A DNA stretch of 64,000 bases from an uncultured Rhodothermaceae bacterium. GTDB taxonomy: Bacteria > Bacteroidota > Rhodothermia > Rhodothermales > Bin80. A model generated the notes under the pieces. It did not search any database and had not been told where the DNA came from. It was given only the letters and a program-made list of their open reading frames with translations. Positions 28,995-39,600 of the stretch are shown here, piece after piece. A program made the position numbers and the translations under genes. The number at the start of each line of letters is the position of its first letter. The stretch's first letter is position 1. The DNA lies in the NCBI GenBank assembly GCA_964503085.1, contig CAZCYQ010000012.1, positions 2,821 to 66,820 on the forward strand. The letters run 5' to 3'.

Positions 28995-29933
28995 ATGATG
29001 AAGCCATTACAGGAACAAATGGCGGTTGAGGGCAGAAATTGGGTCGTACCTAGCCCGGAGTCTGCCCATGAGGTACCCATGCATGACGGTTCCTCAGTCG
29101 TTATTCGCCGTCATGGGAATCCAGAAGGTCCGCGCCTTGTTTTAAGTCATGGGAACGGTTTCGCGGTAGATCTCTACTATCCTTTTTGGTCGCTTTTTCT
29201 TGAGGACTTTGATGTTATAGTATATGATCTCAGGAATCACGGCTGGAACCCTGTTGGGGATGTGAAAAACCACAATCTTCCGACGTTTGCACAGGATCTT
29301 GAGATTATTCTTGATGCAGTTGACCGGCATTATGGCAGCAAACCAAGAATAGGGATTTACCACTCTTTGACGGCTCTTGTAGCTGTACAACCTCATATCA
29401 GACCGAATCTGTTTTCAGGTCTAGTTTTGTTTGATCCGCCCATTTGCAAGGGGGGTAGGGGTTATGCCGAATTTGAGGCCGCGGCAAGCCGTAATGCCGA
29501 GTTGACTAGGCTGCGCGCCAATAAGTTTGCAACCAAGGAGCATCTTGCAGAGATTATCCCCTATCTGCCGAGTTTTCAGTTGGTTGTTCCAGGGGTTTTT
29601 GAGCTCTTGGCAGAAACTACATTACGCGAATCCGCAGATCACGAGGGATATGAACTGTGCTGTCCGCCCGAGTATGAGGCGCGGATACTGGAATTCGCGG
29701 GGAGCTTTGCAGTTCTTGCAGACTTCGATCACATTCGGTGCCCAGTGAAGGTCCTCGGAGCTGACCCCACGTTACCGTACTCCTATTTACCAACGTTTGA
29801 TCTAAGCTATATTGTAAAGTTGGACTACGATTTCTTACCTGAATCAACACATCTTCTCCAGCTCGAAAAGCCTGGCCAATGTGCTCAAGTCGTGGTTGAC
29901 TATCTCAGGAAGCACAACCTCATGAAGCCTTGA
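28995..29933 (+). CDS. Alpha/beta-fold hydrolase (candidate thioesterase or acyltransferase of the PKS locus)
   Basis: 312 aa. Oxyanion-type LVLSHGNGF and nucleophile-elbow-like GIYHSLTAL. A late His lies in PESTHLLQLEKP. Confidence 0.65.
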   Translation: MMKPLQEQMAVEGRNWVVPSPESAHEVPMHDGSSVVIRRHGNPEGPRLVLSHGNGFAVDLYYPFWSLFLEDFDVIVYDLRNHGWNPVGDVKNHNLPTFAQDLEIILDAVDRHYGSKPRIGIYHSLTALVAVQPHIRPNLFSGLVLFDPPICKGGRGYAEFEAAASRNAELTRLRANKFATKEHLAEIIPYLPSFQLVVPGVFELLAETTLRESADHEGYELCCPPEYEARILEFAGSFAVLADFDHIRCPVKVLGADPTLPYSYLPTFDLSYIVKLDYDFLPESTHLLQLEKPGQCAQVVVDYLRKHNLMKP

Positions 29934-30678
29934 TTGAATTGGAATAGGCTCATTTATTCGTGCGTCACCTGCAAAACAGGGCTGGCATAATTTCCATGGC
30001 AGTGCTACTGCAGGCGGTCTAAATGATAACGATCTCCTGCGCCAGTTGAATTGAAGAATATTCGTGAATTTGAGTGCAGTATGGTCTCTTACATGCTTGA
30101 TTTATCCAGTGTCTTTCCGGCAAAGATCTGCCACATCAGGATTTGTGGACTATTGCTAAATGGAGATGAACATTCTTTCTTCCGATTCAATCCAGAATGT
30201 ATGATGTTGGAACAGGTATAGGGGCGGAGCAATGCGGTTGAATTGACTTCTTGCGAATAGCTCGGAGGTACCATTGCTGAGTTCCGCTTTGTAGCCGTTG
30301 TCAAGGTGTGAAAGAGGAATGTCTGGTGGCAGAAGGGGATTTTATTCTACGGCTACTTGACATTCCCAGGAGCTCCGCATCGACACCAATTTCTTCTCGA
30401 AGTATCTACCCATGCCGACCATACATTCATGTAACTCATCCAGGATCGGGCAGTTGTACGAGGCAAGAAGCGAATTGGAGATCTGACCAAATGAGTCTTA
30501 TTGCGGTTGTTGCGTTATCTTACAGTCTCGGTACAACGTCAGTAGCGCCTTGATATGGATAGAATGACTATTCATGTGAAAGCAACTCCCTCGGCTACTG
30601 TGCAGCAGATGTATTTGGTCGTTGAGCAGACTGATTGGTATGATAATCAGAGTTAGTTAACTGAATTTCTAGATCAAG

Positions 30679-33600
30679 ATGAATCAGGATAAAACTCCCC
30701 TCGCGATTGTAGGGATGGCATGCAAGTTTCCAGGTGCCGCAAGTATCCAGGAATTTTGGCATTTTCTCGTTTCCGGCCGGAATTCTGTGATGGAAGTCCC
30801 AGTGGGAGCGGGTAATAGGCGAGTTGACGTTATGTTTGCAGACATTCCAAACTTGCCCGATGCATGCCACTTTTGCTCATATCTCGATGATATTGAGCAG
30901 TTTGATCCGCAATTCTTTCGAATTTCACCCGTTGAGGCTAACTGGCTAGATCCACAGCAGCGGATGATGCTGGAAACCAGTTGGCGGGCCCTTGAGGATG
31001 CAGGAATAGATCCACTTGGTCTGAAAGGTAGCCTCACAGGGGTATATACCGGGATCAGTAATTATGAGTACAGGATGCGGATTGTGGAGTCCAATCATAA
31101 GCCTGCGGATGCGGCTTCCAGTCTCTACGCGATGTCTGGAACCAGCATGAGCGGTCCAAATGGGCGCGTATCTTTCTTTCTGGGTCTTCGTGGGCCGTCA
31201 AAAGCGATAGATGCTGCATGTGCTTCGTCTCTGGTTGCAGTGAACGACGCGGTATCTGATCTACAGCGGGGTAAGATAGATATGGCCATTGTCGGTGGAG
31301 TGCAGAATATTTTGAGTGGTCATGTGTTTAAGATTCGTGCAGATGCGGGAATACTAGCCCCGGACGGACAATGCAAAGTGTTTGATGCATCGGCGAATGG
31401 TTATGTACGGGGCGAGGGATGCGGGGTTGTTGTATTGAAGCGTCTGCACGAAGCCGAGGCGGACGGCGATAAGGTCTGGGCAGTGATTAGGGGTTCGGCG
31501 GTAAATCATGGAGGGGACAGTGTGGGCATGACGGTTCCGCACACACCTGCTTTGGAGCAGGTAATGGGTCAGGCACTCATGGATGCGGGAGTCACTGCAG
31601 CCGAAGTGGATTATGTGGAAGCACACGGCACGGGGACATCAGTAGGCGATCCCATTGAGCTCGAAGCAATGTCAGCTGTATATGGTCAGGGACGAGAGTC
31701 GGATCGACCGCTGCTTGTGGGATCAGTGAAGACCAATATTGGTCATCTTGAATCCGCAGCCGGGATCGCTGGCTTGATCAAAGCTGTGCTTGTTCTACAG
31801 CGTGGGGTCATTCCAAAACACCTACATTTTCATAACCCCACGCCGGCTGTGGACTGGGATAAGATGCACTTGCGTGTAACTTCGGAGATGATGGATCTTC
31901 CGGCGTCCAATGGGAGACCACGTCTTGCGGGCATCAACTCTTTTGGAATATCTGGCACCAATTCCCACATTATTTTGGAGGAGTATCTTGCTAAAAATGG
32001 AACGTCAAATGAGCAGAATCGGGTAATATATTTGCCTCAAACCGCGTCAGCGTCAGGGGAGCTTGAATCCCCATTGTCCAATGGAGAGGTTACCCCGCAG
32101 CGTCAAACACGGCTCCTTCCCTTATCTGGTAAATCACCGGCCGCATTGCAGTCAATCGCTGAGAATTATGTGCTGTGGCTGAATGAGCGCGGGAAAGAAG
32201 TTACACTGAATGGTTCCGCAGCAGCACCATTATTTGCAGACATGGCGTGGACGGCAGCGGTGGGGCGAAGTCATTTTGAACATCGCTCCGGCATAGTTTT
32301 TCACGATGAGGCATCACTCAGACAGAAACTCGCGGCTCTATCTGTTTCGGCTGACAACATCCATTCTCAATCCGCAACCACAATAGCGTTCGCCTATACC
32401 GGACAGGGAAGCCAGTGGACCGGTATGGGGCGTGCGATCTATGAATGTGAACCGGTTGCACGGGCGGTGTTTGATCGATGCGAAGCGATATTCAAGGCCG
32501 AGCGAAAGGTCTCACTTTTGGACGCGATTTTTGGACATACCGATTGTGATTTAAGCAATACCGCATGGGAACAACCGGCTCTTTACGCATTGGAGTGTGC
32601 ACTCACCGCCCTCTGGGCAAGTATAGGAATTCAGCCCTCTGTGGTGATTGGACATAGTGTTGGGGAGTTGGCGGCTGCACAGGCGGCGGGGGTATTCAGC
32701 TTGGAAGACGGGATGCGGTTTGCAATTACACGAGGTGCTCTGTTTGCAGAAACAGACCCTGGTGCAATGGCTGCAGTTTTTACTTCCCCCGCGCAGGTAG
32801 CCTCCGCGGTTGAGGAGATAAACGCATCAACACCGGGTATTGGATTGAGCGTTTCGGCGAATAACGGTACGCACCAAGTTGTTAGTGGCCCGATCCCCCA
32901 GATCCAGTCGATCATCGAACGTTTTGAATCCGAGGGTACCCGAGTCAAACGACTGAATACGTCCAAGGCGTTTCACAGTGCATTGATGGAGCCGGTATTA
33001 GATACTTTGGAAGCGTCTCTGAGCGAGATTGCGATCCAGGCTCCTTCGCTGAAAGTAGTAAGTAATTTAACAGGGGAAGTAGTGGGGTCCAGTCAGACAC
33101 TTGATGGTGCTTATTGGCGACGGCACGCCCGTCAAGCAGTTGCGTTTGCATCTGGTGTTCAAACAATTTCTGAGCTTGGAGTTGATCTGATAATTGAAAT
33201 TGGTCCGCGTCCGATACTGACCAATATGGTGGCGCTGGCTTGGCCGGAGTCTGAGAGACCGCCATCCATCATTTCAAGTCTCCAGGTGCCCTCCGGTGAT
33301 ATACCGGAGAATGCGGCGAAGAGCGATTTTGAACAGGCTGTTGCTCAGGCGTACCAAGCGGGACTGACCATTGAATTTGAAGGACTCTTTACGGGCGAGG
33401 ATCGGCGGCGCATTCAGTTGCCGGGCTATCCGTTCCTGCGTGATCACTACTGGATCAGAGAGTCAAAGAGGCGCGGCTTCAGTGCAGGCGATCATCCCCT
33501 ATTGGGTTCGCGGCGTGATTTTGCTAGTGGTGAAGTGGCGTACGAAACGGAGGTCTTTCGGTCAAGTCCGAATTGGCTGCAAGATCATCAGGTGTTTGGC

Positions 33601-36600
33601 CGGGTCATTGCCCCCGGCGCACTGTATGGTGCCATGGCAGCCTCGGCATGTCTCACTGAGGGAAGTGGATTGGTGATCGTGGATGACATGCAGTTGCACA
33701 ACGCACTAGTGTTTCCAGAGCAAAAACCCAGTGATAGTGAGGACGATAATGGGCGGGAAGTGCAGATTCTTGTTGCCCCTGCAGAGGCCGAAAGGCCCCA
33801 GCGCATTCAGATATTCAGCCGGGGAGAGGGAGAGGATTGGGTAATGCACGTTGAGGGCAATTTGTCTTCTGATACCGCGATGCCGGAAGAAAGTGGTCAG
33901 GTTAACCTGGAAGACCTGAAGGCCGGGATGTCTACCGGAAGCGCTTCATCTTATTACCAGGCTAGAGCCGACACAGGAATTGATCTGAGATCCTCCTTCC
34001 GCACACTCAAGAGATTTTGGTATAAACCGGGAGAAGCAGTAGGGGAAGTGTCCTTCCCTGATACAATTGAAAGTAATGAATTGGATATTCACCCCCTGAT
34101 TCTGGATGGGTGTTTCCAGGTTGTAGCTGCCGCACGTAACCCGGGCGGAGTTGAAGGAGAGACGACGTATCTACCATTTGGCTGGGATCGCCTCTGGTTA
34201 TCAGGACGACTACCGGACAGTGTGGTTTGTCATGTCAGAATGAATGAAGTCCCTAAGGGGGCAAAAGAAAAATCAGGTGCCACCGCGGAGATAATGAGCG
34301 CCGAACTGCGCATCTATGACACGAGTGGTACTCTGATCGGTGGCTTAAGCGGGTATATTGTGAAGCGTGCGACCCGGGGAGCGTTGCTTTCTGCCGTCGA
34401 AGATATTGATGATCTTCTGTACGAAATCCTCTGGCGTGAAAGTCCTTTAGTCCCGGCACTATTGCCTGCGGATTTTCTTCCATCCCCGGGAACGGTTGCG
34501 GCAAATTCTGGGCTTCTGTCGGCGTATTTAAGCGAAGAAGGAGTTCAACCCGAAGAGAGGAATGCTCTTCTGGATGATCTGGAGCGGTGGTCTCGCTCGC
34601 GTGCGCTTGCAACCTTGGAGGAACTGGGATGGAAGCGTAAGCAAGGGGACATTATAGAATCGGAGGTTCTGCGGAAACGCTTGGGTGTCATTTCGGATCA
34701 CGAGCGCGTCTTTCGTCGAATGCTTGAGATGCTGGCCAAGTCTGGGATCCTGGAAGAGAAAGATGGCTCTTTCTTAGTCAGAAATGCATCTGGAGATGCA
34801 TTGCCCGATGAAATGCCGGCAGATCTGGAAGCGTTTGCCGATGGGATGGCTGAGCGGTTTCCTCATGGCACAACTGAGGTCGGGCTTTTTCGGCGTTGTG
34901 GAACAGCTTTGGGCGAAGTGCTTCGTGCTCAGAAGGATCCACTGACACTGCTTTTCAGTAGCGGAGATCCGACTCCGGGAGATCTGTACCTCAAAGCGCC
35001 AGTGGCTCGAGCGGCAAACCGTATTCTGAAGGAAACGGTAGCTGCGCTTGTAAGCGAATTACCCGCCGAGCGCCACCTTAGGATTATTGAGGTTGGTGCG
35101 GGCACAGGCTCTGCCACCGCCGCGATCCTTCCCGAACTCCCGGAGGGGCGGTTTGATTATATGTATACCGATATTTCGGCGGGCTTCTTTTCGGAGGCGG
35201 AGGCACGATTTGGGGGTAAACCTATGGAATACCGCCCGCTGAATATCGAGAATGATCCTGTAGGGCAGGGCTTTGAGATGCACAGCTATGATTTGCTGAT
35301 TGCCTCCAACGTGCTGCATGCCACACGATATCTTCATGAGACGCTTGAGTACTGTCGGGATCTTCTCGCACCATCTGGTCAATTGGTAGCGCTTGAGAAC
35401 CTGAGTGGGCAGGGCTGGATGGATCTGACGTTCGGGCAACTGGACGGCTGGTGGCGATTTGCCGATGACTACCGTCCACACCATGCTTTGGCCAATCCGG
35501 CAGTATGGCGGCGTGCACTCAGCGACGCAGGTTTTGGTGAAGTGGAGATTCTGGGGATTGAGGAAACTGATTCAACCAGAAGACACGACAAGGGGGTGAT
35601 CGTAGCTCAAGGTCCCACCGAAATACAGGAACGTACCGGGGTTTGGGCACTGGTAGCCGATCACAATGGGACCGCCCAAGGTCTTGCAGAAGACTTGGTC
35701 TGCAACAACCAGGCAGTCGTACTCGTGGATGCTGGTATAGCAGACTCCAAGAATCCCGCCCTTGAATTAGAGGAACCTGGAAAGACCCAGGTCACCATCG
35801 ACATTAATTGCCGGGAGTCGTGGGAAGAGTTGCTGCGAAGCATTTCCAAAGATTTGCCGCTGAAGGGAGTTGTGCATCTTGGTGCACTTGATGGCGCAGG
35901 TCCAAATGCTTCAACGTATGAGATGGCACAGGATACCAGGCGAATCGTGGAGAGTGCGCTGGTACTGGTACAGGCAGTAATAGACACCAATGTCATACCG
36001 GACAAAGGCATCTGGTTTATTACACAGGGCGCCCAAGTGCTGGAAAGGGAGTTCACAGGCCAGCTAGCTGGTGCGGCATTATGGGGATTCGGTAAAGGTG
36101 TATCCCGGGAATTGACGCATCTGCAGACAAGAATGATTGACCTGGATCCAGCCGAAACTGCCGGAAAACCCGATCTGGTGACGGAGCTGCTCAGTCCTGA
36201 CCATGAAAATCATGTTGCCTATCGTAATGGACGACGAAACGTAGCACGTCTGGCCAGAGAGAATGTTGGCTTGGAGCGTCTCAGTTTTCCAGATGACGCT
36301 CCTTGGGTGCTTGCCCCAGACCCAGACGGCGTAATTGAAAACATCCACGTCAAGACGCTGTCTCATCGGGGATTGGAACCGAAGGAAGTTCGCGTCGCAG
36401 TCAAGGCCGCTGGTCTTAATTTTTGGGATGTATTTCGTTCTCTCGCATTCATTCATGAGGGAAATCTAGGCAGGGAGGTATGTGGAGATGTACTTGAGGT
36501 AGGCTCGGAGGTGACAACTGTTTCGGTTGGTGATCATGTAGTCGGGTTGGGGTTCGGTGCATTCGCAGCGGAAATGGTGACACATGGAGACCTTGTCGCG

Positions 36601-39600
36601 CTCGCGCCAGAGGGGTTCTCTGTATCGGAACTGGCTACGGTGCCGAGTGCTTTCGTTTCAGCTGCGCTGTCCTACGAGTTCTCGGGTTTGGAGGCTGGTG
36701 ATCGGGTGCTGATTCATGCCGGAGCGGGCGGTGTGGGTTTGGCTGCCATTCAGTTGGCTCAGGTCGTAGGGGCCGAAGTTTTTGCAACGGCGAGTGCTCC
36801 AAAACAGGAATATCTACGTTCGCTGGGGGTGGAGCATGTGTTCAATAGCCGCGATACACTTTTCGGAGCAGAAATTCTTGAGGCTACAAATGGTGAGGGA
36901 GTTGACGTAGTACTGAATAGTCTTACGAGCGAGGGTTTCATTGATGCGAGTCTGTCATGCCTTGTTCAGGGAGGCCGATTTGTAGAATTAGCGAGACGGG
37001 ATATTCTGAGTGAAGAAGAAATGGCTGTCGTTCGCCCAGATGTGAAGTACGCCATTCTTGAACTAGATGTACTCAAAAAAACGGACCCCGAGTGGGTTGG
37101 CCGGGTTCTCAGGAGCCTACTGAAACAATTTAGCGAGAGAAGTCTAACGCCCATTCGTCATAGCAGATGGCCGTTGGCAGAAGCAAGTGCGGCTCTGCAA
37201 TTTATGCGGTCCGCCCGCCATCTTGGCAAAATTGTAGTCACGACATCAGCCCTGGTAAGGGGGCAGTTAAGAGGGGATCGAACGTATTTGGTTACTGGCG
37301 GTCTGGGAGGAATCGGGCTTGCTGTCGCAAACTGGTTGGCGGATCATGGAGCAGGCGCCATCGTGCTGAACGGTCGGCGCCCACCGGAAGGGGAGGCACA
37401 GGAGGTCATTGATGCCTTGCAGGCGCGTGGCATTACCGTGCGAGTGGCTCTTGCAGATGTGACGGATCTAGCCGCAGTGGACACAATGCTTGCGGATATA
37501 CGCCGGGAATTGCCGCCCCTTGCCGGGGTAATCCATAGTGTAGGCGTATTATCAGACGGTGCTTTAGGGAACCAGACTTGGGATAGGTTTGAGCAAGTAT
37601 TGTGGCCCAAAGTAGTAGGTGCATGGCATTTGCATCGTGCTACTGCAGATTGTGATCTGGATTTGTTTGTTCTTTTTTCTAGTCGCGTAGGGGTCATGGG
37701 GAATCCGGGACAGGCGAATCACGCGACTGCGAATGCATTCTTAGATCAGCTTGCTGCGCACCGTCGTGCCATTGGACTTCCAGGTCAGGCGATTGCCTGG
37801 GGGGCCTGGTCGGAAATTGGCGAAGCTGCAGAACGAAGGGAGAGTATTGAGGAACGGAGGGCTGCACTTGGTGGCCGCTGGTTCACACCACAGCAGGGTA
37901 TCAAGGCGCTTGATAAACTGGTGCGTGCAGATGTAACGCATTCTGTTGTCATGGCGATGGACTGGCAAGTATTTCAAAAAGCTAGTGAGGATCGGCCGGC
38001 TTTACTAGGTGATTTACTTCATGACGCTTCCGAGGAAGAAGCCGATACGACAGTCGTTCTTGAAGATCCCATATCCCAGTTGCGCAGAATGCCAGCGGCA
38101 GAACACAAGGGTCTGCTCATATCCTTCCTCCAGCAAGAGTTACAAGCAGTATTGCGCTTGCCGAGTGCTCCCTCGTCAACTGTGGGATTTTTCGACCTAG
38201 GGATGGATTCATTGATGGCCGTTGAGCTACGGAATCGGTTAAATCGCGCATTTGCAGACGAGTATGTGGCATCAAATACAGTGGTATTTGACTACCCAGA
38301 CATCAATATGCTGGCGGAGCACTTGGCAGATGAATTAGGATCACTCGGTCCTGCTCCTGCCCCGCTACAGCTTGTTACGCAACAGCAGCCAGTAGTCCGG
38401 AATGAGGAGGACGGCATTGCAGTGATTGGAATGGCGTGTCGCTTTCCTGGCGCGCCGGACATTGAGGCATTTTGGGAATTACTTGAATCCGGCGGCAATA
38501 CCGTTTCGGATGGACGCAGTGATTCTGGTCCGTGGGAGGGGGTAGTGGGGGATCCTGCTGCTGAGGATCCTATCCTGAGATGGGGATCATTTCTGGACGG
38601 GTTGGATCAGTTTGATGCAGGTTTCTTCAATATCCGTCCGATCGAGGCCCACGGCATGGATCCGAGGCAACGTATGCTCTTGGAGACCAGTTGGCAGGCC
38701 CTTGAAGATGCTGCAATGGACCCCGATTCCCTCAGGCACAGCCGAACGGGAACGTACATTGGTTTGGCAGCCAGTGAATACCGTGATTTAATTTCGGGAA
38801 GCAATCAGGAGTACAATTATCTTGGCACTGCAGGAAGTGTCGCTATCGGACGTGTAGCTTTTCTGTTGGGGCTGATGGGACCAGCTGTGGCGGTGGACAT
38901 GACCTGTGCATCTTCTTTGGCTGCAATTCATCAGGCAGCTTCTGATCTCAAGTCTGGAGATGTAGATCTTGCTCTGACGGGAGGTGTCCATGTTGTTCTT
39001 TCTCCTGCGATCACAAGGTTTATGGCGGAATACGGCATGCTATCGTCAAGCGGAAATTGCCGGACATTCGATGCAAGTGCGGATGGTTTCGTTCGGGGAG
39101 AGGGCTGTGGCGTTGTAGTACTTAAGCGGCTAAGTGAAGCCGTATCCGATGGGGATCGAATATGGGGTGTCATTCGCGGTTCTGCATTGAATCAAAATGG
39201 TCCGAGTGCTTCGCTTACTGTACCGAGCGGTCAAGCACAGAAGCAGGTGCTTGAAGATGCGCTTGGTCGAGCTGGAATTCCGCCTTCGGAGGTTGACTTT
39301 CTGGAAGTACATGGGACCGGTTCCCAATTGGGAGATCCGATTGAAGTGAACTCAGTTGCTTCCGTATATGGTAGGGATCGTGAATCAGATCGCCCACTTT
39401 TACTTGGAACGGCAAAGACCAATATTGGGCATCTTGAGTCTGCGGCAGGAGTTGCGGGCCTCATTAAAGTGTTATTGGCTATGGAGCGGAGAGTGATCCC
39501 GAAGCATTTGCATTTTGAGGAACCGAATCCGCATGTGGAGTGGGGTCAGTTGCCGGTTCAAGTCACATCGGAGAAAATAGAATGGCCAAGGCGAGCTGAC

